Source: Haplodiscus bocki
Taxonomy: Eukaryota
NCBI GenBank assembly: GCA_965655095.1
Contig: OZ296651.1
Span: forward strand, 101,804,001 to 101,868,000
Reading direction: 5' to 3'
Length of the DNA stretch: 64,000 nt
Shown piece by piece: positions 22,301 through 37,300 of the stretch. Position 1 is the first letter of the stretch. Each line of letters starts with the position of its first letter. Below the pieces are notes generated by a model. The model was not told where the DNA came from, ran no database searches, and worked only from the letters and a program-made list of their open reading frames with translations. The position numbers were made by a program, and so were the translations under genes.

Positions 22301-25300
22301 TTGCAGCTCCACGGACTTATTAGATCGGAAGTTGTATTTTTTCCAGACAATTACAACGTTGTTTCTCATCATATCATGTTTTAGGCTCACCTATAATTTT
22401 TCTTGTGACTATATGCCTTTTTGTATATCAGTCTTGTCAGCTGCAGTCGGATATAAGGATATAAACTTCCTAGCCCACGGCTACGAGCAAAAAGTTTTTA
22501 CAAGCTGCTTTCTACTATTCTCCGTTGTTGGTCCTGGCGGATCCAGTTATACTGAACTAATTTTCTCCATGTTAGTTTTTAATACATTGTGACCAGTTTC
22601 AAAAAAAAACGTTCTATTTCTGAAAAAAATGTCAATTTTTCTTTAACGAGATGGCAAAAAAACGGAATATAGATAGAGTCTGATACCCGTCTCCATTTGT
22701 ACATGATCAAGGATCACTGCGGAAGAGAGGAAGACAGCCTGTTTTTCAATATCCTCACCCATTGCCAGCAACAACAATAAAATTGTCAGCATTATAGTGG
22801 ACCGAATGATCAAAAACAATGTACGACTTTTCTCATCCCCGAACCTAAGAAATTCGGTATCAACAACACAACACGTGGCAACCATTAATCATTTGAACAA
22901 GTGTTCGTTAGATTTCGTTACAGAAGACTTTACAGAATTCGGCGACCAAAAATTTTAACGAAAAGCAATCATCAACATACCTACAGCTGGGTATTTTCAA
23001 TTGGAGTCTAGCGCAAACTGCATAGATTCCTTCCTCCAGTTCACTGAGAACAATAATGTCCAACCAACGTCTACAGAACTAGCTGAAGCAGCTGAAAACT
23101 TTGTCCCGGAGCTACCACCACTTGAATTTATCAAATTGTCCGGCTTGATGATCGTAACTGACCCTAACAGATTGGAGGACTCAGATTCCGAGATGTGGAA
23201 ATTTCCTATCAACTGTCATATGGAAGAAGAATAAAATCAATAACGAGTGATTTTCTCGAAAAGTGGCATTTTTATTGAAATTAATTTTAGGAGTAATTGT
23301 GAAAGTATTTATTTGATTTCATTTAACTTTGCGTAACGATTCATTCTTTCGAAAGATGGAAGATGAACGGCATTGGCGTTCAAAATTTAGTATTTGATGG
23401 CAATCACAGTGAAAGGTTCGTTTGGAGGCTTTGCAGCTCCACGGACTTATTAGATCGGAAGTTGTATTTTTTTTCCAGACAATTACAACGTTGTTTCTCA
23501 TCATATCATGTTTTAGGCTCACCTATAATTTTTCTTGTGACTATATGCCTTTTTGTATATCAGTCTTGTCAGCTGCACTCGGATATAAGGATATAAACTT
23601 CCTAGCCCACGGCTACGAGCAAAATGTTTTTACAAGCTGCTTTCTATTAATCTCCGTTGTTGGTCCTGGCGGATCCGGTTATACTGAACTAATTTTCTCC
23701 ATGTTAGTTTTTAATACATTGTGACCAGTTTAAAAAAAAACGTTCTATTTCTGAAAGAAATGTCAATTTTTCTTTAACGAGATGGCAAAAAAACGGAATA
23801 TAGATAGAGTCTGATACCCGTCTCCATTTGAACATGATCAAGGATCACTGCGGAAGAGAGGAAGACAGCCTGTTTTTCAATATCCTCACCCATTGCCAGC
23901 AACAACAATAAAATTGTCAACATTATAGTGGACCAAATGATCAAAAACAATCTACGACTTTTCTCATCCCCGAACCTAAGAAATTCGGTATCAACAACAC
24001 AACACGTGGCAACCATTAATCATTTGAACAAGTGTTCGTTAGATTTCGTTACAGAAGACTTTACAGAATTCGGCGACCAAAAATTTTAACGAAAAGCAAT
24101 CATCAACATACCTACAGCTGGGTATTTTCAATTGGAGTCTAGCGCAAACTGCATAGATTCCTTCCTCCAGTTCACTGAGAACAATAATGTCCAACCAACG
24201 TCTACAGAACTAGCTGAAGCAGCTGAAAAATTTGTCCCGGAGCTACCACCACTTGAATTTATCAAATTGTCCGGCTTGATGATCGTAACTGACCCTAACA
24301 GATTGGAGGACTCAGATTCCGAGATGTGGAAATTTCCTATCAACTGTCATATGGAAGAAGAATAAAATCAATAACGAATGATTTTCTTGAAAAGTGGCAT
24401 TTTTATTGAAATTAATTTTAGGTGTAATTGTGAAAGTATTTATTTGATTTCATTTAACTTTGCGTAACGATTCATTCTTTCGAAAGATGGAAGATGAACG
24501 GCATTGGCGTTCAAAACTTAGTATTTGATGGCAATCACAGTGAAAAGTTTGTTTGGAGGCTTTGCAGCTCCACGGACTTATTAGATGGGAAGTTGTATTT
24601 TTTTCCAGACAATTACAACGTTGTTTCTCATCATATCATGTTTTAGGCTCACCTATAATTTTTCTTGTGACTATATGCCTTTTTGTATATCAGTCTTGTC
24701 AGCTGCAGTCGGATATAAGGATATAAACTTCCTAGCCCACGGCTACGAGCAAAAAGTTTTTACAAGCGGCTTTCTATTAATCTCCGTTGTTGGTCCTGGC
24801 GGATCCGGTTATACTGAACTAATTTTCTCCATGCTAGTTTTTAATACATTGTGACCCAGTTTCAAGAAAAAACGTTCTATTTCTGAAAAAAATGTTAACT
24901 TTTCTTTAACGAGACGGCAAAAAAAACGGAATATAGATAGAGTCTGATACCCGTCTCCATTTGAACATGATCAAGGATCACTGCGGAAGAGAGGAAGACA
25001 GCCTGTTTTTCAATTGCCTCACCCATTGCCAGCAACAACAATAAAATTGTCAACATTATAGTGGACCGAATGATCAAAAACAATCTACGACTTTTCTCAT
25101 CCCCGAACCTAAGGAATTCGGTATCATCAACACAACACGTGGCAACCAGTAATCTTTTGAACAATTGTTCGTTAGACTTCGTTAAAGAAGACTTTACAGA
25201 ATTTGGCGACCAAAAATTTTTACGAAAAGCAATCATCAACATACCTACAGCTGGGTATTTTCAATTGGAGTCTAGCGCAAACTGCATAGATTCATTCCTC

Positions 25301-28300
25301 CAGTTCATTGAGAACATTAATGTCCAACCAACGTCTACAGAACTAGTTGAAGCAGCTGAAAACTTTGTTCCGGAGCTACCACCACTTGAATTTATCAAAT
25401 TGTCCGGCATGATGATCGTAATTGACCCTAACAGATTGCAGGACTCAGATTCCGAGATGTGAAAATTTCCTATCAACTGTCATATGGAAGAAGAATAAAA
25501 TCAATAACGAGTGATTTTCTCGAAAAGTGACATTTTTATTGAAATTAATTTTAGGAGTAATTGTGAAAGTATTTATTTGACTTCATTTAACTTTGCGTAA
25601 CGATTCGTTCTTTCGAAAGATGGAAGATGAACGGCATTGGCGTTCAAAATTTAGTATTTGATGGCAATCACAGTGAAAGGTTCGTTTGGAGGCTTTGCAG
25701 CTCCACGGACTTATTAGATCGGAAGTTGTATTTTTTTCCAGACAATTACAACGTTGTTTCTCATCATATCATGTTTTAGACTCACCTATAATTTTTCTTG
25801 TGACTATATGCTTTCTTGTATATCAGTCTTGTCAGCTGCAGTCGGATATAAGGATATAAACTTCCTAGCCCACGGCTACGAACAAAAAGTTTTTACAAGC
25901 TGCTTTCTATTAATCTCCGTTGTTGGTCCTGGCTGATCCTGTTATACTGAACTATTTTTCTCCAAGCTATTTTATAATACATTGTGACCCAGTTTCAAGA
26001 AAAAACGTTCTGTTTCTGAAAAAAATGTCAACTTTTCTTTAACGAGACGGCGAAAAAACGGAATATAGATAGAGTCTGATACCCGTCTCCATTTGAACAT
26101 GATCAAGGATCACTGCGGAAGAGAGGAAGACAGCCTGTTTTTCAATTACCTCACCCATTGCCAGCAACAACAATAAAATTGTCAACATTATAGTGGACCG
26201 AATGATCAAAAACAATCTACGACTTTTCTCATCCCCGAACCTAAGGAATTCGGTATCATCAACACAACACGTGGCAACCAGTAATCTTTTGAACAATTGT
26301 TCGTTAGACTTCGTTAAAGAAGACTTTACAGAATTTGGCGACCAAAAATTTTTACGAAAAGCAATCATCAACATACCTACAGCTGGGTATTTTCAATTGG
26401 AGTCTAGCGCAAACTGCATAGATTCCTTCCTCCAGTTCATTGAGAACATTAATGTCGAACCAACGTCTACAGAACTAGTTGAAGCAGCTGAAAACTTTGT
26501 CCCGGAGCTACCACCACTTGAATTTATCAAATTGTCCGGCATGATGATCGTAATTGACCCTAACAGATTGCAGGACTCAGATTCCGAGATGTGGAAATTT
26601 CCTATCAACTGTCATATGGAAGAAGAATAAAATCAATAACGAGTGATTTTCTCGAAAAGTGACATTTTTAATGAAAATAATTTTAGGTATAATTGTGAGT
26701 ATTTGTTTGATTTCATTTAACTTTGCGTAACGATTCGTTCTTTCGAAAGATGGAAGATGAACGGCATTGGAGTTCAAAATTTAGTATTTGATGGCAATCA
26801 CAGTGAAAGGTTCGTTTGGAGGTTTTGCAGCTCCACGGACTTATTATATCGGAAGTTGTATTTTTTTCCAGACAATTACAACGTTGTTTCTCATCATATC
26901 ATGTTTTAAGCTCACCTATAATTTTTATTGTGACTATATGCTTTCTTGTATATCAGTCTTGTCAGCTGCAGTCGGATATAAGGATATAAACTTCCTAGCC
27001 CACGGCTACGAACAAAAAGTTTTTACAAGCTGCTTTCTATTAATCTCCGTTGTTGGTCCTGGCTGATCCTGTTATACTGAACTATTTTTCTCCAAGCTAT
27101 TTTATAATACATTGTGACCCAGTTTCAAGAAAAAACGTTCTGTTTCTGAAAAAAATGTCAACTTTTCTTTAACGAGACGGCGAAAAAACGGAATATAGAT
27201 AGAGTCTGATACCCGTCTCCATTTGAACATGATCAAGGATCACTGCGGAAGAGAGGAAGACAGCCTGTTTTTCAATTACCTCACCCATTGCCAGCAACAA
27301 CAATAAAATTGTCAACATTATAGTGGACCGAATGATCAAAAACAATCTACGACTTTTCTCATCCCCGAACCTAAGGAATTCGGTATCATCAACACAACAC
27401 GTGGCAACCAGTAATCTTTTGAACAATTGTTCGTTAGACTTCGTTAAAGAAGACTTTACAGAATTTGGCGACCAAAAATTTTTACGAAAAGCAATCATCA
27501 ACATACCTACAGCTGGGTATTTTCAATTGGAGTCTAGCGCAAACTGCATAGATTCCTTCCTCCAGTTCATTGAGAACATTAATGTCGAACCAACGTCTAC
27601 AGAACTAGTTGAAGCAGCTGAAAACTTTGTCCCGGAGCTACCACCACTTGAATTTATCAAATTGTCCGGCATGATGATCGTAATTGACCCTAACAGATTG
27701 CAGGACTCAGATTCCGAGATGTGAAAATTTCCTATCAACTGTCATATGGAAGAAGAATAAAATCAATAACGAGTGATTTTCTCGAAAAGTGACATTTTTA
27801 TTGAAATTAATTTTAGGAGTAATTGTGAAAGTATTTATTTGACTTCATTTAACTTTGCGTAACGATTCGTTCTTTCGAAAGATGGAAGATGAACGGCATT
27901 GGCGTTCAAAATTTAGTATTTGATGGCAATCACAGTGAAAGGTTCGTTTGGAGGCTTTGCAGCTCCACGGACTTATTAGATCGGAAGTTGTATTTTTTTC
28001 CAGACAATTACAACGTTGTTTCTCATCATATCATGTTTTAGACTCACCTATAATTTTTCTTGTGACTATATGCTTTCTTGTATATCAGTCTTGTCAGCTG
28101 CAGTCGGATATAAGGATATAAACTTCCTAGCCCACGGCTACGAACAAAAAGTTTTTACAAGCTGCTTTCTATTAATCTCCGTTGTTGGTCCTGGCTGATC
28201 CTGTTATACTGAACTATTTTTCTCCAAGCTATTTTATAATACATTGTGACCCAGTTTCAAGAAAAAACGTTCTGTTTCTGAAAAAAATGTCAACTTTTCT

Positions 28301-31300
28301 TTAACGAGACGGCGAAAAAACGGAATATAGATAGAGTCTGATACCCGTCTCCATTTGAACATGATCAAGGATCACTGCGGAAGAGAGGAAGACAGCCTGT
28401 TTTTCAATTACCTCACCCATTGCCAGCAACAACAATAAAATTGTCAACATTATAGTGGACCGAATGATCAAAAACAATCTACGACTTTTCTCATCCCCGA
28501 ACCTAAGGAATTCGGTATCATCAACACAACACGTGGCAACCAGTAATCTTTTGAACAATTGTTCGTTAGACTTCGTTAAAGAAGACTTTACAGAATTTGG
28601 CGACCAAAAATTTTTACGAAAAGCAATCATCAACATACCTACAGCTGGGTATTTTCAATTGGAGTCTAGCGCAAACTGCATAGATTCCTTCCTCCAGTTC
28701 ATTGAGAACATTAATGTCGAACCAACGTCTACAGAACTAGTTGAAGCAGCTGAAAACTTTGTCCCGGAGCTACCACCACTTGAATTTATCAAATTGTCCG
28801 GCATGATGATCGTAATTGACCCTAACAGATTGCAGGACTCAGATTCCGAGATGTGGAAATTTCCTATCAACTGTCATATGGAAGAAGAATAAAATCAATA
28901 ACGAGTGATTTTCTCGAAAAGTGACATTTTTAATGAAAATAATTTTAGGTATAATTGTGAGTATTTGTTTGATTTCATTTAACTTTGCGTAACGATTCGT
29001 TCTTTCGAAAGATGGAAGATGAACGGCATTGGAGTTCAAAATTTAGTATTTGATGGCAATCACAGTGAAAGGTTCGTTTGGAGGTTTTGCAGCTCCACGG
29101 ACTTATTACATCGGAAGTTGTATTTTTTTCCAGACAATTACAACGTTGTTTCTCATCATATCATGTTTTAAGCTCACCTATAATTTTTATTGTGACTATA
29201 TGCTTTTTTGGATATCAGTCTTGTCAGCTGCAGTCGGATATAAGGATATGAACTTCCTAGCCCACGGCTACGAGCAAAATGTTTTTACAAGCTGCTTTCT
29301 ATTAATCTCCGTTGTTGGTCCTGGCGGATCCGGTTATACTGAACTAATTTTCTCCATGTTAGTTTTTAATACATTGTGAGCAGTTTAAAAAAAAACGTTC
29401 TTTTTCTGAAAAAAATGTCAATTTTTCTTTAACGAGATGGCAAAAAAACGGAATATAGATAGAGTCTGATACCCGTCTCCATTTGAACATGATCAAGGAT
29501 CACTGCGGAAGAGAGGAAGACAGCCTGTTCTTCAATTGCCTCACCCATTGCCAGCAACAACAATAAAATTGTCAACTTTATAGTGGACCGAATGATCAAA
29601 AACAATCTACGACTTTTCTCATCCCCGAACCTAAGGAATTCGGTATCATCAACACAACACGTGGCAACCAGTAATCATTTGAACAATTGTTCGTTAGACT
29701 TCGTTAAAGAAGACTTTACAGAATTTGGCGACCAAAAATTTTTACGAAAAGCAATCGTCAACATACCTACAGCTGGGTATTTTCAATTGGAGTCTAGCGC
29801 AAACTGCATAGACTCCTTCCTCCAGTTCACTGAGAACAATAATGTCCAACCAAGGTCTACAGAACTAGTTGAAGCAGCTGAAAACTTTGTCCCGGAGCTA
29901 CCACCACTTGAATTTATCAAATTGTCCGGCATGATGATCGTAACTGACCCAAACAGATTGTAGGACTCAGATTCCGAGATGTGGAAATTTTCTATCAACT
30001 GTCATATGGAAGAAGAATAAAATCAATAACGAGTGATTTTCTCGAAAAGTGACATTTTTATTGAAAATAATTTTAGGTATAATTGTGAGTATTTATTTGA
30101 TTTCATTTAACTTTGCGTAACGATTCGTTCTTTCGAAAGATGGAAGATGAACGGCATTGGCGTTCAAAATTTAGTATTTGATGGCAATCACAGTGAAAGG
30201 TTCGTTTGGAGGCTTTGCAGCTCCACGGACTTATTAGATGGGATTTTGTATTTTTTTCCAGACAATTACAACGTTGTTTCTCATCATATCATGTTTTAGG
30301 CTCACCTATAATTTTTCTTGTGACTATATGCCTTTTTGTATATCAGTCTTGTCAGCTGCAGTCGGATATAAGGATATAAACTTCCTAGCCCACGGCTACG
30401 AGCAAAAAGTTTTTACAAGCTGCTTTCTATTAATCTCCGTTGTTGGTCCTGGCAGATCCGGTTATACTGAACTAATTTTCTCCATGTTAGTTTTTAATAC
30501 ATTGTGACCAGTTTCGAAAAAAAACGTTCTATTTCTCAAAAAAATGTCAATTTTTCTTTAACGAGATGGCAAAAAAACGGAATATAGATAGAGTCTGATA
30601 CCCGTCTCCATTTGAACATGATCAAGGATCACTGCGGAAGAGAGGAAGACAGCCTGTTTTTCAATTACCTCACCCATTGCCAGCAACAACAATAAAATTG
30701 TCAACATTATAGTGGACCGAATGATCAAAAACAATCTACGACTTTTCTCATCCCCGAACCTAAGGAATTCGGTATCATCAACACAACACGTGGCAACCAG
30801 TAATCATTTGAACAATTGTTCGTTAGACTTCGTTAAAGAAGACTTTACAGAATTTGGCGACCAAAAATTTTTACGAAAAGCAATCATCAACATACCTACA
30901 GCTGGGTATTTTCAATTGGAGTCTAGCGCAAACTGCATAGATTCCTTCCTCCAGTTCATTGAGAACAATAATGTCCAACCAACATCTACAGAACTAGTTG
31001 AAGCAGCTGAAAACTTTGTCCCGGAGCTACCACCACTTGAATTTATCAAATTGTCCGGCATGATGATCGTAATTGACCCTAACAGGTTGCAGGACTCAGA
31101 TTCTGAGATGTGGAAAGTTCCTATCAACTGTCATATGGAAGAAGAATAAAATCAATAACGAGTGATTTCCTCGAAAAGTGACATTTTTATTGAAAGTAAT
31201 TTTAGGTATAATTGTGAGTATTTATTTGATTTAATTTAACTTTGCGTAACGATTCGTTATTTCGAAAGATGGAAGATGAACGGCATTGGCGTTCAAAATT

Positions 31301-34300
31301 TAGTATTTGATGGCAATCACAGTGAAAGGTTCGTTTGGAGGCTTTGCAGCTCCACGGACTTATTAGATGGGAAGTTGTATTTTTTTCCAGACAATTACAA
31401 CGTTGTTTCTCATCATATCATGTTTTAGGCTCACCTATAATTTTTCTTGTGACTATATGCCTTTTTGTATATCAGTCTTGTCAGCTGCACTCGGATATAA
31501 GGATATAAACTTCCTAGCCCACGGCCACGAACAAAAAGTTTTTACAAGCTGCTTTCTATTAATCTCCGTTGTTGGTCCTGGCAGATCCGGTTATACTGAA
31601 CTAATTTTCTCCATGTTAGTTTTTAATACATTGTGACCAGTTTCGAAAAAAACGTTTTATTTCTCAAAAAAATGTCAATTTTTCTTTAACGAGATGGCAA
31701 AAAAACGGAATATAGATAGAGTCTGATACCCGTCTCCATTTGAACATGATCAAGGATCACTGCGGAAGAGAGGAAGACAGCCTGTTTTTCAATTACCTCA
31801 CCCATTGCCAGCAACAACAATAAAATTGTCAACATTATAGTGGACCGAATGATCAAAAACAATCTACGACTTTTCTCATCCCCGAACCTAAGGAATTCGG
31901 TATCATCAACACAACACGTGGCAACCAGTAATCATTTGAACAATTGTTCGTTAGACTTCGTTAAAGAAGACTTTACAGAATTTGGCGACCAAAAATTTTT
32001 ACGAAAAGCAATCATCAACATACCTACAGCTGGGTATTTTCAATTGGAGTCTAGCGCAAACTGCATAGATTCCTTCCTCCAGTTCATTGAGAACAATAAT
32101 GTCCAACCAACATCTACAGAACTAGTTGAAGCAGCTGAAAACTTTGTCCCGGAGCTACCACCACTTGAATTTATCAAATTGTCCGGCATGATGATCGTAA
32201 TTGACCCTAACAGGTTGCAGGACTCAGATTCTGAGATGTGGAAAGTTCCTATCAACTGTCATATGGAAGAAGAATAAAATCAATAACGAGTGATTTCCTC
32301 GAAAAGTGACATTTTTATTGAAAGTAATTTTAGGTATAATTGTGAGTATTTATTTGATTTAATTTAACTTTGCGTAACGATTCGTTATTTCGAAAGATGG
32401 AAGATGAACGGCATTGGCGTTCAAAATTTAGTATTTGATGGCAATCACAGTGAAAGGTTCGTTTGGAGGCTTTGCAGCTACACGGACTTATTAGATGGGA
32501 AGTTGTATTTTTTTCCAGACAATTACAACGTTGTTTCTCATCATATCATGTTTTAGGCTCACCTATAATTTTTCTTGTGACTATATGCCTTTTTGTATAT
32601 CAGTCTTGTCAGCTGCACTCGGATATAAGGATATAAACTTCCTAGCCCACGGCCACGAACAAAAAGTTTTTACAAGCTGCTTTCTATTAATCTCCGTTGT
32701 TGGTCCTGGCGGATCCGGTTATTTTGAACTAATTTTCTCCATGTTAGTTTTCAATACATTGTGTCCCAGGTTCAAAAAAAAAACGTTCTATTTCTCAAAA
32801 AAAGTCAACTTTTCTTTAACGAGTTGGCAAAAAAACGGAATATAGATAGAGTCTGATACCCGTCTCCATTTGAACATGATCAAGGATCACTGCGGAAGAG
32901 AGGAAGACAGCCTGTTTTTTAATTGCCTCACCCATTGCCAGCAACAACAATAAAATTGTCTTTATTATAGTGGACCAAATGATCAAAAACAATCTACGAC
33001 TTTTCTCATCCCCGAACCTAAGGAATTCGGTATCATCAACACAACACGTGGCAACCAGTAATCATTCGAACAATTGTTCGTTAGACTTCGTTAAAGAAGA
33101 TTTTACAGAATTTGACGACCAAAAACTCTTACTAAAAGAAATCATCAACATGCCGACAGCTGGGTATTTTCAATTGGAGTCTAGCGCAAACTGCATAGAT
33201 TCCTTCCTCCAATTCATTTAGGACAGTGATGTCAAATCAACGTGTACGCAATTTGATAAAGGAGCCGAAAACTTTGTCGCCGGAGCTACCACAACTAATT
33301 GAACCCATCGGGTTATGCGGCATCGATTATCGTATCTCACCGAAACAGATTGCAGAACTCAAATTCCGAGAAGATATGGATTTTTCCTATCTACCACCAT
33401 ATGGAGGAACAACAAAGTCAAAAGCGAGTGACTTCCCGAAGAAAGACACTTTCAATTTGAATATATTTTACTTACCATTGTGAAAGTATCTGTTTTATTT
33501 GTTTTAACTTTGCGTAACTATTCATTCTTCCGAAAGATGGAAGACCGAACAATTGACTGCGAAGACGGCAGTGGCGTTCAAAAATTAAGTATTGGATGAC
33601 AATCATAGCCAAAATTCCATTTGGAGGCTTTGCAGATCCACGAAATTACATACATCGGAAGTTGTATTTTTTTCTAGGCAATGACAACGTTGATTCTCAT
33701 CGTATCATGTTTTAATAGGCTCACCTTCTATAAGCTTCCCTGTGAGGATTTGCCATTTTGGGTATCAGTCTTGTCAGCTGTAGTCGGATATATACTTCCT
33801 AGCCCACTGTTGGGAACAAGTTAAATTTTACAAGCTACCGTCTGTTCATGTCCGTTGTTTGTCCTGGTGGATCCGGTTAGACTGGACTGACATTCTCCAT
33901 GTTAGTTTTTTATTGTGTCCCAGTTTCATAAAAAGTTCTATTTCTAAAGATGAATGTCAATCTTCCCTTAACCAGATGACTAAAAAAATGAAGAACTTGA
34001 CACCTGTCCATTTCAACATGATCAGTGATCACTCCGGAATTGGGGAAGCCAGCCTGTTTTTCATTTGCCTCAACCATTGCCAGAAACAACACTAAAATTG
34101 TCAACATTATAGTGGACCGAATGATCAAAAACAATCTACGACTTTTCTCATCCCCGAACCTAAGGAATTCGGTATCAGCAACACAACAGGTGGCAACCAT
34201 TAATCATTTGAACAGTTATTCTAAAAAATACATTACAGAATTTGGCGACCAAAATCATACGAAAAGCAATCATCAACATGCCTACAGCTAGGTATTTTCA

Positions 34301-37300
34301 ATTGGATTCTAGCGCAAACTGCTTAGATTCCTTCCTCCAATTCATTTAGGACAGTGATGTCAAATCAACGTGTACGCAATTTGATAAAGGAGCCGAAAAC
34401 TTTGCCGCCGGAGCTACCACAACTAATTGAACCCATCAAGTTATGCGGCATCGATTATCGTATCTCACCGAAACGGATTGCAGAACTCAAATTCCGAGAA
34501 GATATGGATTTTTCCTATCTACCACCATATGGAGGAACAACAAAGTCAAAAGCGAGTGACTTCCCGAAGAAAGACACTTTCAATTTGAATATATTTTACT
34601 TACAATTGTGAAAGTATCTGTTTTATTCCTTTTAACTTTGCGTAACTATTCTTTCTTCCGAAAGATGGAAGACCGAACAATTGACTGCGAAGACGGCAGT
34701 GGCGTTCAAAAATTAAGTATTGGATGACAATCATGGCAAAATTCCATTTGGCGGCTTTGCAGATCCACGAAATTACATACATCGGAAGTTGTATTTTTTC
34801 TAGGCAATGACAACGTTGATTCTCATCGTATCATGTTTTAATAGGCTCACCTTCTATAAGTTTCCCTGTGAGGATTTGCCATTTTGGGTATCAGTCTTGT
34901 CAGCTGTAGTCGGATATATACTTCCTAGCCCACTGTTAGGAACAAATTAAATTTTACAAGCTACCGTCTATTCATGTCCGTTGTTTGTCCTGGCGGATCC
35001 GGTTAGACTGGACTGACTTTCTCCATGTTAGTTTTTTATTGTGTCCCAGTTTCATAAAAACGTTCTATGTCTAAGGATGAATGTCAATCTTCCCTTAACC
35101 AGATGACTAAAAAATGAAGAACTTGACACCTGTCTCCATTTCAACATGATCAGTGATCACTCGGGAATTGGGGAAGCCAGCCTGTTTTTCAATTGCCTCA
35201 ACCATTGGCAGCAACACCAATAAAATTGTCAACATTATAGCTGACCAATTGATCAAAGACAATCTACGAATTTTCTCATCCCCGAACCTAAGGAATTCGG
35301 TATCATCAACACAACACGTGGCAACCAGTAATCATTTGAACAGTTATTCTAAAAAAGACTTTACAGATTTTGGCGACCAAAAATTGTTACGAAAAGCAAT
35401 CATCAACATGCCTACAGCTAGGTATTTTCAATTGGATTCTAGCGCAAACTGCATAGATTCCTTCCTCCAATTCATTTAGGACAGTGATGTCAAATCAACC
35501 TGTACGCAATTTGATAAAAGAGGCGAAAACTTTGCCGTCGGAGCTACCACAACTAATTGAACCCATCAAGTTATGCAGCATCGATTATCGTATCTCACCG
35601 AAACGGATTGCAGAACTCAAATTCCGAGAAGATATGGATTTTTCCTATCTACCACCATATGGAGGAACAACAAAGTCAAAAGCGAGTGACTTCCCGAAGA
35701 AAGACACTTTCAATTTGAATATATTTTACTTACAATTGTGAAAGTATCTGTTTTATTTCTTTTAACTTTGCGTAACTATTCTTTCTTCCGAAAGATGGAA
35801 GACCGAACAATTGACTGCGAAGACGGCAGTGGCGTTCAAAAATTAAGTATTGGATGACAATCATGGCAAAATTCCATTTGGAGGCTTTGCAGATCCACGA
35901 AATTACATACATCGGAAGTTGTATTTTTTCTAGGCAATGACAACGTTGATTCTCATCGTATCATGTTTTAATAGGCTCACCTTCTATAAGTTTCCCTGTG
36001 AGGATTTTCCATTTTGGGTATCAGTCTTGTCAGCTGTAGTCGGATATATACTTCCTAGCCCACTGTTAGGAACAAATTAAATTTTACAAGCTACCGTCTA
36101 TTCATGTCCGTTGTTTGTCCTGGCGGATCCGGTTAGACTGGACTGACTTTCTCCATGTTAGTTTTTTTTGTGTCCCAGTTTCATAAAAACGTTCTGTTTC
36201 TAAGGATGAATGTCAATCTTCCCTTAACCAGATGACTAAAAAATGAAGAACTTGACACCTGTCTCCATTTCAACATGATCAGTGATCACTCGGGAATTGG
36301 GGAAGCCGCCTGTTTTTCAATTGCCTCAACCATTGCCAGCAACAACAATAAAATTGTCAACATTATAGCTGACCAAATGATCAAAGACAATCTACGAATT
36401 TTCTCATCCCCGAACCTAAGGAATTCGGTATCATCAACACAACACGTGGCAACCAGTAATCATTTGAACAGTTATTCTAAAAAAGACTTTACAGATTTTG
36501 GCGACCAAAAATTGTTACGAAAAGCAATCATCAACATGCCTACAGCTAGTTATTTTCAATTGGATTCTAGCGCAAACTGCATAGATTCCTTCCTCCAATT
36601 CATTTAGGACAGTGATGTCAAATCAACCTGTACGCAATTTGATAAAAGAGGCGAAAACTTTGCCGTCGGAGCTACCACAACTAATTGAACCCATCAAGTT
36701 ATGCAGCATCGATTATCGTATCTCACCGAAACGGATTGCAAAACTCAACTTCCGAGAAGATATGGATTTTTCCTATCTACCACCATATGGAGGAAGAACA
36801 AAGTCAAAAGCGAGTGACTTCCCGAAGAAAGACACTTTCAATTTGAATATATTTTACTTACAATTGTGAAAGTATCTGTTTTATTTGTTTTAACTTTGCG
36901 TAACTATTCATTCTTCCGAAAGATGGAAGACCGAACAATTGACTGCGAAGACGGCAGTGGCGTTCAAAAATTAAGTATTGGATGACAATCATAGCCAAAA
37001 TTCCATTTGGAGGCTTTGCAGGTCCACGAAATTACATACATCGGAAGTTGTATTTTTTTCTAGGCAATGACAACGTTGATTCTCATCGTATCATGTTTTA
37101 ATAGGCTCACCTTCTATAAGTTTCCCTGTGAGGATTTGCCATTTTGGGTATCAGTGTTGTCAGCTGTAGTCGGATATATACTTCCTAGCCCACTGTTAGG
37201 AACAAATTAAATTTTACAAGCTACCGTCTATTCATGTCCGATGTTTGTCCTGGCGGATCCGGTTAGACTGGACTGACTTTCTCCATGTTAGTTTTTTATT

